64,000 nucleotides of DNA, taken from assembly GCA_946407705.1 (NCBI GenBank), contig CAMJPC010000006.1:43753-107752 (forward strand), read 5' to 3'. Within the stretch, counting starts at the first letter, position 1. Every line of letters begins with the position of its first letter. Shown piece by piece: positions 1 to 8,196 of this stretch. Made by a program: the position numbers and the translations under genes. The notes under the pieces were generated by a model, which had not been told where the DNA came from, searched no databases, and saw nothing but the letters and a program-made list of their open reading frames with translations. This DNA is from an uncultured Clostridia bacterium (GTDB lineage Bacteria; Bacillota; Clostridia; Saccharofermentanales; Saccharofermentanaceae).

Positions 1-319
1 GGAAATCATCCAAAGTCTTGCGCCACTCTTCTGCCGTCAGCATTCCCTCATCGCCGTAGATACTGCCGTAGCAGTTAGTAGCCATAGGCTTTGATTCGTC
101 AGCCTGAGTCTTATAGAGGATAGGCTGAACCATCTGAGCAGCCTTCTGTTCAAGCGTCAGCGTTCCAACGATCTCTTCCGGAGTCATGGTCGCGTACCAC
201 TGGTACTTGTACTGATATTTTCCCTTGGGGAACTTTTTCGTTCCATTAGGATTTGCTGTGCATGCAGTTGTCGTAAAAAGCATTACTGCAAGCATAATTT
301 TGGCAATAGTTTTCTTCAT
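1..319 (-). CDS. Glycoside hydrolase family 3 (beta-glucosidase-like) lipoprotein, N-terminal part, truncated by window edge
   Basis: Not in the ORF track; hand translation gives MKKTIAKIMLAVMLFTTTAC (signal peptide and lipobox) ... MTPEEIVGTLTLEQKAAQMVQP, matching the typical GH3 N-terminal MTLEEKxGQMxQ motif. AAGGGGG RBS lies upstream. Confidence 0.7.
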   Translation of the reverse strand, partial: MKKTIAKIMLAVMLFTTTACTANPNGTKKFPKGKYQYKYQWYATMTPEEIVGTLTLEQKAAQMVQPILYKTQADESKPMATNCYGSIYGDEGMLTAEEWRKTLDDF

Positions 320-358
320 AAAGGCAGAGTCCCCCTTAGCAAATTGATTTTTCGGGTA

Positions 359-2131
359 TTATTTCCAGGAATTTACGGCTTTTATCGTTTCTTCAGCCGA
401 TTGTTTAGCATAGGCGTCATCAAACGTCCTGCTGTAACTGTTACCATCCAAAATGATCAGTTTTCCGTTTCGCACGGTATTTACTGCTTTTTCTGCAGGT
501 CGTGAGCTTGGAAGAAGCGTGCCCCATATAACCGCGACAGGCACTTTGCAATCCTTCAGGAAATCGTAGGTATAAACTGAGAATTTCGGTTCTTCAGAGA
601 ATGTATATTCCCCGATATCAGGCTCAACCAGGATTACTCCTTTGAGTTCATCCTGTCTGTCAGTTCCTGTATAAGAAGCAACGAATCCTCCGGCCTGATG
701 TCCCCACAGATACAGCATTTCGAGATCTACATCAGGAACATATTTCAATTCATCCATTACGGCATAAAGATCAAGTACATATTCAAATGTAAGATTGCCG
801 TGCTGAATCGGCGAATAATACTCAGTTCCGGATGTATTAGTGTCGAAAAGAACAGCCGCGTAACCATTTTCGTTGAAATAGTTTGCCATCTTCTCATATC
901 CGGCATTCTTCTCATCGCTCTGACCGTCAAGAGCCTTGCATATAACGATAGTCTTGAAAGGACCTTCACCCTTGGGGAGCATTATCTTTCCTTCGATCGG
1001 GAATCCGTTGCGGTTGAAGATTATCTGCTTCTCGGTATCGGTTATCGTAATTATTTCAGGCTTCTTAACCGTGTAATTAAACGGTGCGTCTCTCTGAACA
1101 GAGACATCACCTGTAAGCAGTTCGTCTGCCTTTGAATTAAGACCAAGAGTTGCTGCTACAAACAGGAGCGTAGCTACTATCATTACGCTGGTAAACTTCG
1201 TTCCCTTCTTGTAGCTGATGATATTTTTAACCCTGTGTGTGACTTCGGCTTTGCAGAACCTGCCGTTGCTGAATCCGAGTGGTATTACGAGGTACTTTTT
1301 ATTATTGCTTCTTTTAGCGTAATTAACGATCGAGATCGCATATGCCTGCTTGAGTTCGGTAGTCATTTTAGAGACTGTCGACTCATCGCAGCTCATCTCG
1401 AGATCCTGCTCATAAAGCGCATAAGAAAGCCATACAAAAGGATTGAACCAATGGATCGCAACGATAACTGTGCCAAGAATCTTACCGAGCCAGTCACCAT
1501 GTCTTATATGAGTTCTCTCATGCATGAGGATATATTCTCTCTCAGAATTGTCGAGCACTTCGGGAAGATATATCTTCGGAACGAAAAGACCGAATACGAA
1601 CGGTGAGCTTACTTTCTCTGATTCATATACATTCTTATCGATCTTTACTGCATCCTTTAGCTTAATCTTAAGCAGGACAAAACGCACAGCGGTATACAAA
1701 GCAACAACCGCAAAGCCAATAAACCATAAGGTTGCAAGAATCACTTTAACATTCGGAATTGCTCTTACTTTTTCATTATGAGCTTCAGTTACCATTGCTT
1801 CGCGGCGTTCTTCAGAAGCTTCAAGAGCAGCTATTTCATTATTTGTTTTAATTAACGCGGCATCAGCTTTTTCAACACCGTTATCTTCAAACACCTTTGC
1901 TTCCTGGATCTGCGTGGTAATGGCTTCGGTATGTAAAGGAATGTAATTAAATACGCTGATTACGGATTGTATATTTATCGGGAGAAGGAGCCTTACGGCT
2001 ACTACAGCCCAGAGGATCATGATGAATCTCTTTGACCTTTTGCGCAGGAGAAATCTGAACAGGATAGTAGCAAGGACTACTACGCTGCCCATGATAGACA
2101 TCTCAAGCACTTTAAGGAAAAGATCCGTCAC
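359..2131 (-). CDS. BlaR1/MecR1-type M56 metalloprotease sensor-transducer with a C-terminal degenerate alpha/beta-hydrolase domain
   Basis: N-terminal TM segments, SSPFVFGLFVPKIYLP, zinc motif HERTH, HWFNP and EMSCDE are all M56 features. After a TM helix comes an esterase-like domain (GKIMLPKGEGPF, YLWGHQAGG). Start overlaps the upstream BlaI-family stop. Confidence 0.9.
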   Translation of the reverse strand: MTDLFLKVLEMSIMGSVVVLATILFRFLLRKRSKRFIMILWAVVAVRLLLPINIQSVISVFNYIPLHTEAITTQIQEAKVFEDNGVEKADAALIKTNNEIAALEASEERREAMVTEAHNEKVRAIPNVKVILATLWFIGFAVVALYTAVRFVLLKIKLKDAVKIDKNVYESEKVSSPFVFGLFVPKIYLPEVLDNSEREYILMHERTHIRHGDWLGKILGTVIVAIHWFNPFVWLSYALYEQDLEMSCDESTVSKMTTELKQAYAISIVNYAKRSNNKKYLVIPLGFSNGRFCKAEVTHRVKNIISYKKGTKFTSVMIVATLLFVAATLGLNSKADELLTGDVSVQRDAPFNYTVKKPEIITITDTEKQIIFNRNGFPIEGKIMLPKGEGPFKTIVICKALDGQSDEKNAGYEKMANYFNENGYAAVLFDTNTSGTEYYSPIQHGNLTFEYVLDLYAVMDELKYVPDVDLEMLYLWGHQAGGFVASYTGTDRQDELKGVILVEPDIGEYTFSEEPKFSVYTYDFLKDCKVPVAVIWGTLLPSSRPAEKAVNTVRNGKLIILDGNSYSRTFDDAYAKQSAEETIKAVNSWK

Positions 2132-2511
2132 TTCTTATCGTCCTCCGTATGCGCCTTGATGAGCTTGATCAATGCTTCAGCATCCTCATCACTCAACGAT
2201 TTCTTGTTGCCGAGGAATGACGCGACGAACATAGGAAGAGAACCGGAAAAGCTCTCCTCGACTATCTGATTACTCTCTGAAATGAGAACATCCTCTTTAG
2301 GGATAAGCACACTGACTATCGTATCTTCGTTCTTAACAAAGCCCTTGGCTATCAGTTTTCTAAGAATGGTATATGTGGTCGATTTATTCCAATCGTTTAT
2401 CTCATTAGCCAGTTTAACAAGCTTACCGGATTCAACAGGAGCTTCTTTCCATATGATCTCCATAAGCTTCTTTTCTGCTTCAAACAACGTCAACTCTTGC
2501 ATTAATATCAC
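2128..2511 (-). CDS. BlaI/MecI/CopY family repressor
   Basis: LFEAEKKLMEIIW...WNKSTTYTILRKLIAKGFV...FSGSLPMFVASF...LSDEDAEAL; directly upstream of the M56 gene. Confidence 0.92.
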   Translation of the reverse strand: MILMQELTLFEAEKKLMEIIWKEAPVESGKLVKLANEINDWNKSTTYTILRKLIAKGFVKNEDTIVSVLIPKEDVLISESNQIVEESFSGSLPMFVASFLGNKKSLSDEDAEALIKLIKAHTEDDKK

Positions 2512-2523
2512 CTCAACAAAACG

Positions 2524-2576
2524 GTTTATCAGAATAAACCTATGGTTAGTTTATCTCGATAAACCGCTTATGTCAA
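2524..2576 (-). promoter_or_regulatory. Sigma-A promoter (TTGACA-17-TAAACT) with two GTTTAT-N4-ATAAAC palindromic operators
   Basis: -35 at 2571-2576 and -10 at 2548-2553 on the minus strand. Palindromes at 2524-2539 (GTTTATcagaATAAAC) and 2549-2564 (GTTTATctcgATAAAC). Confidence 0.8.
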
Positions 2577-2589
2577 TATGATTTTCAGC

Positions 2590-3381
2590 TTAATTGATCG
2601 CAGGATTATAGCAGATTACGCTTTTGTCATGCGGGCTGTACTTCTTCCCTTCAACAAGCTTGAACTCATGCTGCTTGGCAACGCCACCGAACCATTCATA
2701 GGGCTTGTCATCAGATGTCTTTCCTTCACTAATCTCAATTGCACCCTGTCGCAGGCATCTGATGAGCGAAATATCATCGAAATCCCTTGCGTGACCATGA
2801 AGAATGAAGTCAGCCTTTTCTTCTAGGAAAATGATCCTGTCCAAAGCTTTAACGTATTCAGCAAGAGGCGGACAACCATCAAGCATCATCCAAAGATGGT
2901 GGTTGATCGAGTCTCCTGTAAACAGGATCCTGTCCTCCTTAAGGAGCAGAACTATTCCACCCTGCGTATGTCCGGGGAGCTCATAAACCTCAAGAGTCTT
3001 ACCGCCCAGATCAATGACATCTCCTTCCTTGATCAGCTTGAACGGAGGCATTGAAAAGCCATACGTCTCACAAGCCTTAACAAAATCCGGGTGCTTAACA
3101 AATGACTCAGCCATCTCAAGATCCTTAGGATGGATATAAGCCTCATCAAAATACACGTTACCGAAAATGTGATCAGGATGACCATGTGTATTGATTACAA
3201 CGATCGGTTTATCAGTGAACTTTCTGATGAAACTCTTGATATCAGTGAAACCGTTCATTGTATCGATCACGGCAACCTTTTCCTCTCCTTCCACCACAAA
3301 ACCAGTGGCGAGATGTCCCTCATCCAAAAGATAGAGATAAGGCTTAAGCTGCTTCGGGAAAAGCTCCAGTTTCTCTTCCAT
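2590..3381 (-). CDS. MBL-fold metallo-hydrolase
   Basis: THGHPDH motif, PGHTQG and FTGD. Start moved to the ATG at 3381, behind a GGGAGGA RBS. Confidence 0.88.
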   Translation of the reverse strand: MEEKLELFPKQLKPYLYLLDEGHLATGFVVEGEEKVAVIDTMNGFTDIKSFIRKFTDKPIVVINTHGHPDHIFGNVYFDEAYIHPKDLEMAESFVKHPDFVKACETYGFSMPPFKLIKEGDVIDLGGKTLEVYELPGHTQGGIVLLLKEDRILFTGDSINHHLWMMLDGCPPLAEYVKALDRIIFLEEKADFILHGHARDFDDISLIRCLRQGAIEISEGKTSDDKPYEWFGGVAKQHEFKLVEGKKYSPHDKSVICYNPAIN

Positions 3382-3472
3382 ATATAGATCCTCCCTTAAA
3401 CAATACAAAGCACGATAATTATATCAATAACCGGTAATGATATGGGGACAATTCAGTACAAGCTAAAAGAAA

Positions 3473-3500
3473 AGCACCTTCCGCAAAAACAGAAGGTGCT
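3473..3500 (-). terminator. Intrinsic terminator downstream of tRNA-Ala
   Basis: AGCACCTTC/GAAGGTGCT inverted repeat followed by a T-run on the minus strand. Confidence 0.7.
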
Positions 3501-3509
3501 ATATTTACT

Positions 3510-3585
3510 TGGTGGAGACGAAGAGGATCGAACTCTCGACCTTACGGATGCGAACCGTACGCTCTCCCAGCTGAGCTACGCCCCC
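3510..3585 (-). tRNA. tRNA-Ala (anticodon CGC)
   Basis: GGGGGCGTAGCTCAGCTGGGAGAGCGTACGGTTCGCATCCGTAAGGTCGAGAGTTCGATCCTCTTCGTCTCCACCA: cloverleaf, GTTCGA T-loop, encoded CCA. Confidence 0.96.
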
Positions 3586-3635
3586 GCGCGTGAGAGATTA
3601 TAACATAACACTACGGTTCGTGCGAGTACGAAGCC

Positions 3636-3902
3636 TTATGCGTACATTCCCCTAAACATGTCGATTACCTGGGCTACAAGGCCTGTAGCAACAAGGATAG
3701 CCATGATGATCACCATGATGACCAGGAAGCAGAAATAAGATCTTGCGAAATTCCTCTTATTAATGTTCTTGGTGCCGCCAAGTGCAAATACGATCAGGAT
3801 GATGGTACCTACTACCGGGATCGAAAAAAGGATCTCCAGACCGAAGTATCCCCACATGGATATCGGACGGTATTTCTCGGGAATGTTATTAATATCAGAC
3901 AT
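3636..3902 (-). CDS. Small two-TM membrane protein
   Basis: 88 aa, two hydrophobic helices, GGAGGGG RBS; ISMWGYFG...SIPVVG motif. Confidence 0.75.
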   Translation of the reverse strand: MSDINNIPEKYRPISMWGYFGLEILFSIPVVGTIILIVFALGGTKNINKRNFARSYFCFLVIMVIIMAILVATGLVAQVIDMFRGMYA

Positions 3903-3972
3903 AATCCCCTCCTAAAAAATGTTTGATTTACAGAGTATAGCACGATTACCCCGTTTGTAGTAGCATTTACAC

Positions 3973-4047
3973 GGAAGCTTAGCTCAGCGGGAGAGCATTC
4001 CCTTCACAGGGGAGGGGCCGCGGGTTCAAACCCCGCAGTTTCCACCA
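3973..4047 (+). tRNA. tRNA-Val (anticodon CAC)
   Basis: GGAAGCTTAGCTCAGCGGGAGAGCATTCCCTTCACAGGGGAGGGGCCGCGGGTTCAAACCCCGCAGTTTCCACCA: cloverleaf with encoded CCA. Confidence 0.95.
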
Positions 4048-4052
4048 AACTG

Positions 4053-4088
4053 AAACTCCCCGTTACCATTGGCGTAACGGGGAGTTTT
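4053..4088. terminator. Bidirectional intrinsic terminator
   Basis: AAACTCCCCGTTAC/GTAACGGGGAGTTT inverted repeat between the convergent tRNA-Val and lipoprotein genes. Confidence 0.8.
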
Positions 4089-4113
4089 ATAGTTCTATAG
4101 CGGGAAAAACAGA

Positions 4114-4806
4114 TCAGGCATAAGCCGTTCCGGTCAGATTGATATATACATTACCTTTTCCGTTTTCGTTAACGTAACCGCCGACACCTAATTCCTTTTT
4201 TTTCTTAAGCTTGAAGATAGCGTATTCGGTCGGCGCTTTATTCGTCTTGAACTGAGGTTTGCCCGCAATTGCTTTAGCCTTGTTAAAGAGAGTTATATAA
4301 TTTGCGTGAACAGAATCCCTGTCACTTCCCGAATCGGAAAAAGCGAGCCAATTGACTTTGTTCTTTGTCTTTTTCCTCTTTCCGAGCGAGATGGTAAGCG
4401 AATTGAGCGGAATACCTTCAACTGAAATGTTGAGATCATAGAAACGGTTTTCGTGTCCGTCAACAATACTGGTTGATGTGCAATCAAGGATCACATCGAA
4501 ATAGTCGCTGAGTTTCTTCTCAGCAGCCTCAATGGTCAGACCTACTGTTGAATTCATCAGTGAATATATGCTCTTAAATGTATAGTCCTGCTGAGGAGCC
4601 GCTGTAGTAGTTGTCGTAGGCTCCGTCGTTGTTTCGGTAGTCGTCTCGGCAGTAGTTGTTGTCGTTGTTGTTTCCTGCTCCGTCGTGGTTGTTGTAGGTT
4701 CAGTCTGCGAAGCGGTAGTCTCAGCAGGTTTTGCCGAGCATGAGCAAAACGTTGCCAGCATCACAAAAACAAGTACTAAAGAAACACTTTTGATCAGTCT
4801 TTTCAT
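4114..4806 (-). CDS. Hypothetical lipoprotein with Thr/Glu-rich linker
   Basis: Signal peptide ending FCSC, poly-Thr linker, then a basic globular domain of about 155 aa. Start set at ATG 4806 behind a GGAGGGT RBS. Confidence 0.75.
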   Translation of the reverse strand: MKRLIKSVSLVLVFVMLATFCSCSAKPAETTASQTEPTTTTTEQETTTTTTTAETTTETTTEPTTTTTAAPQQDYTFKSIYSLMNSTVGLTIEAAEKKLSDYFDVILDCTSTSIVDGHENRFYDLNISVEGIPLNSLTISLGKRKKTKNKVNWLAFSDSGSDRDSVHANYITLFNKAKAIAGKPQFKTNKAPTEYAIFKLKKKKELGVGGYVNENGKGNVYINLTGTAYA

Positions 4807-4835
4807 TCTCACCCTCCTGTAAAAGATTCCATATC

Positions 4836-6719
4836 CTATTTTGTTTCTTCAACTGACTCTACTGTTATTTTCGGGCCCTGATCACCCTTATCGAAATTAC
4901 CCGTTATTCCGTCTCCCGTATTAGGAACGAAAGCCGAATAGATAACGTCAATGATGAAAAACACGAGAAGAACGGCCTCGACCGGGATAAGTATCTTCTG
5001 CTGGGCTTTTCTGATCATATTATCAAGAAGCGGCGCCAGAACATATATGAATGCCATTCCTGCAGCACCGAAAACGAAAAGTCCTTCCGCACAGACCCTG
5101 CCGTCGATATTGAAGAAATACCCTGAATAATCCCACCATTTCTTGTCGAAGATTGTTTCCAGAGCCCATCCACCGAAATACTCGACTACTCCGCACAAGA
5201 TAACGGTCGCAATAAGATGGAGCACAGGCCTGCGCCTTAATACAAACAAGAATATCAATACGATCAGTCCGCCGACGCCGTATATCGGGAGCCACGGTCC
5301 GTGAAGCACGCCGCGGTTGATTATCTTGCCCTGCTGGACATAATAGAAAAACAGTTCCCATACCCAGCCGAACATTGCAAAGATAAAGAACAATGCCGCA
5401 AGCGAAGGCAACGAATAATGGCGCATGTAATGAATATGTGCCAAAGACTTGAGTTTTCGCTGTTCGGGGATCGGAGACAGTCTTGAAGGATAGCTCTCCC
5501 CTTCTGCTTCATTCTTGTAAGCGAGGAGCTTAACACGGCGTTCTTCGTCAGCCTCATATTCCATCTCGTCCTTGGTGTTCCAGAGAACGACACCGAAATG
5601 ATCGGCTATGAACTTGTTCCTGCCTTTAAGACCGTCCAGTGTAGGTTTTTCGGCATCGAGCTCTCCCAACACATCCGCATACGCATCAGTAAGCCTGTTA
5701 TTGTCTGCCTTTGCAAACAGATAGATATCGTTGAGCTGGTCGACTCCCTCAATCTCATTTTGCTTTGCTGCTTCCCTGACCCTTGCATAGAACTCGGAAT
5801 AGATGCAGAGCTTATACGGGTTGGTATACAGGATGCCGAATACGCCGAGAGTGAAAATATTCAGTATGTTCCAGCCCAAAATACTGATAATGGTCTTAAA
5901 CAGAGTCCATTTGTTGCCTCTCATCATCCTCCACGAAAGCTTAAGGGCTTCTATGGTCTTGATGTCCGGATTTTCGGCGATAATGTAAGGCACAAGGAAA
6001 AATCCGAACCTGACTACCGGATAAAGGACGATAGTCAGAGACGACGCAAATTCGATCATCCACAAAAGTCCCATGGTAACAGCCGATCTCGCCCACCTCT
6101 TCATGCGTATGAAGAAAAGGTAGCGTGAAACCGGGATCTTCTTATAGATCCTGCCTTCAAGGAAAATCCTTCTGATTATGGCAACGAAAAGATTACGTAC
6201 AAACAGCCAGTAAGTAAACGAGACAAGCGCCAGTATGGTAACTATGGCAATATTGGCTGCACGCGGGTCTCCCACTATGCCGGATATGGTTGAATACATA
6301 TGCGAAAAGAATGTATCGCCGGCAACAAAATCGATTATCTGATTGAGAACGCCCTTACTCCTTCCGAAAACCTCAGAACCTTCAGGGCTCGTTATCTTAC
6401 GGTTAAATTCCTCCAGCTGCTTTTCAACATTAGTGCGGAAAACGCCGGCATCATTATCCAATGCCTTAACGCCTTCTTTGATCTTTTCTCCGGTCTCGGG
6501 ATCAACGTTCACCTGAATGGATGTATCGGCGAACATATCAAAGAACGTAGAACGCATGTTGATCAGATAGTCAGAGGTGATGAACTCGGCATCCATGAAC
6601 ACAGCAAGAAGACAGGCCACTACAAAGAACAGATAGTGACGCTTCAAGCTTCCACGGGCATCACGCTTGAGCATACGGATGCCGTATTCCATTTTATTTT
6701 TCTTTTTTTCTTTGGACAT
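4836..6719 (-). CDS. Polytopic membrane protein: DUF975-like N-terminal part plus C-terminal CmpB/TMEM229-like (putative ABC permease) domain
   Basis: LVPYIIAENPDIKTIEALKLSWRMMRGNKW (DUF975-like); GWVWE...NRGVLHGPWLPIYG...WWDYS...GRVC (CmpB-like). Confidence 0.75.
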   Translation of the reverse strand: MSKEKKKNKMEYGIRMLKRDARGSLKRHYLFFVVACLLAVFMDAEFITSDYLINMRSTFFDMFADTSIQVNVDPETGEKIKEGVKALDNDAGVFRTNVEKQLEEFNRKITSPEGSEVFGRSKGVLNQIIDFVAGDTFFSHMYSTISGIVGDPRAANIAIVTILALVSFTYWLFVRNLFVAIIRRIFLEGRIYKKIPVSRYLFFIRMKRWARSAVTMGLLWMIEFASSLTIVLYPVVRFGFFLVPYIIAENPDIKTIEALKLSWRMMRGNKWTLFKTIISILGWNILNIFTLGVFGILYTNPYKLCIYSEFYARVREAAKQNEIEGVDQLNDIYLFAKADNNRLTDAYADVLGELDAEKPTLDGLKGRNKFIADHFGVVLWNTKDEMEYEADEERRVKLLAYKNEAEGESYPSRLSPIPEQRKLKSLAHIHYMRHYSLPSLAALFFIFAMFGWVWELFFYYVQQGKIINRGVLHGPWLPIYGVGGLIVLIFLFVLRRRPVLHLIATVILCGVVEYFGGWALETIFDKKWWDYSGYFFNIDGRVCAEGLFVFGAAGMAFIYVLAPLLDNMIRKAQQKILIPVEAVLLVFFIIDVIYSAFVPNTGDGITGNFDKGDQGPKITVESVEETK

Positions 6720-6733
6720 GAGGATATATTAAC

Positions 6734-6763
6734 AAAAAAGGCCTCTCCATTAAAGGAGAGGCC
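6734..6763 (-). terminator. Intrinsic terminator after the SDR gene
   Basis: GGCCTCTCC/GGAGAGGCC stem followed by a T-run on the minus strand. Confidence 0.7.
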
Positions 6764-6785
6764 GTAAAAAGATTTTTATACCGGA

Positions 6786-7559
6786 TTACATTGCAGTGTA
6801 GCCGCCGTCAACAGGAAGGTTGACGCCAGTAACGTATGTTGTAGCGGGAGATGCGAGGAAGCAGACAGCTGTATCGAGCTCGCCTTCGTTTCCGTATCTC
6901 TCGAGAGGGATCATGGTCTTAGCATTAGCCTGGAAGAACTCAGAATCGAGTGTCTCCTTGGTAAGAGGGCTGTAGAAATAGCCGGGGCAGATAGAGTTAA
7001 CTGTGATACCGTACTTACCCCACTCTGCAGCAAGTGCTCTGGTAAGGTTAACAACACCGCCCTTAGCTGCGTGATAAGGAGAAGCAGGTGCAACCTTGTT
7101 GCCTACGAGACCATACATAGAGGAAATGTTGATGACACGTCCGAACTTTGCGGGGATCATTGCCTTCTTTGCAATAGAACGTGCGAGTCTGAAGGTACCG
7201 AAGAGATCGATGTTGATCTCGTTGTAGAACTGCTCGTCTGTAATATCTTCAGCAGGCGCAACAGCACCTGTACCGGCATTGTTTACGAGGATATCGATCC
7301 TTCCCATCTTTGCAAGGATCTCATCAACTGCAGCTTCAACTGCATCTGTATCAGTGATGTCGCACTTAACTGCGAGAGTCTTAACACCATAAGTCTTCTC
7401 GATGTCAGCTGCAACCTCATCGATAAGGTTCTGACGACGGGCGATCGCAACAATATCGCATCCCTGTCCTGCCAGAGCTTTTGCCATCTGAACACCGAGT
7501 CCTGTGGAGCATCCTGTAATTACTGCCACTCTTCCCTTGAAATCGAAAATGTTAGCCAT
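6786..7559 (-). CDS. Classical SDR oxidoreductase (gluconate 5-dehydrogenase-like)
   Basis: TGCSTGLG Rossmann motif, NNAG, YHAAK catalytic motif, PGYF. Confidence 0.9.
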   Translation of the reverse strand: MANIFDFKGRVAVITGCSTGLGVQMAKALAGQGCDIVAIARRQNLIDEVAADIEKTYGVKTLAVKCDITDTDAVEAAVDEILAKMGRIDILVNNAGTGAVAPAEDITDEQFYNEINIDLFGTFRLARSIAKKAMIPAKFGRVINISSMYGLVGNKVAPASPYHAAKGGVVNLTRALAAEWGKYGITVNSICPGYFYSPLTKETLDSEFFQANAKTMIPLERYGNEGELDTAVCFLASPATTYVTGVNLPVDGGYTAM

Positions 7560-7814
7560 ACCCGTACCGCCTTTATAGATTTTTTGTTAGGAGTTTCCTA
7601 ACTCCAATGAGATTATACAAAAGCCCCGTGCTTTCATTAAGTCAAAAAACGTTTCTTTTTAGGGATTTTTGACCGTCCAAGTGATGTTTCCATTAAAAAA
7701 TCATCTCGTTTGTATATTTTGAGGCCATAATGATTTTCAATTCAAACGAAAAAGAGTTACCGCCCGTGAAATGGTATAATAGTTTAACTATCATATAAAT
7801 CAGGAGGACATCCC

Positions 7815-8174
7815 ATGAAGTTTTTTAAAGGTAAGTGCGGAACTGTTGTAACCAAGCTTTTCGAGATGGAATGCGAAGGAGGTCCTCTTGAAGAACTTAT
7901 CCCCAATACCACTGACGCAGCCGGCGAAAAGCACGTACCCGTCATCGCCGTTAACGGTCAGGAAGTAACAGTAACCGTTGGTGAAGTTGCTCATCCCATG
8001 ATGGATGCCCACTACATCACTTTTGTTGCTCTTGAAACAGACAAGGGTTCTGTCATCAGACAGCTTAAACCCGGCAGCGATCCCGTAGCCGTCTTCACTA
8101 TTGCAGCTGATGAGAAGGTCATTGCCGCATACGAATACTGCAACCTCCACGGTTTGTGGATGGCTAAAGCTTAA
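7815..8174 (+). CDS. Superoxide reductase (desulfoferrodoxin family) with degenerate N-terminal iron site
   Basis: EKHVP, HPM...HYI and EYCNLHGLW centre-II ligands; CAGGAGG RBS. Confidence 0.9.
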   Translation: MKFFKGKCGTVVTKLFEMECEGGPLEELIPNTTDAAGEKHVPVIAVNGQEVTVTVGEVAHPMMDAHYITFVALETDKGSVIRQLKPGSDPVAVFTIAADEKVIAAYEYCNLHGLWMAKA

Positions 8175-8196
8175 TACATAAGGCACGCAGCCGTTC

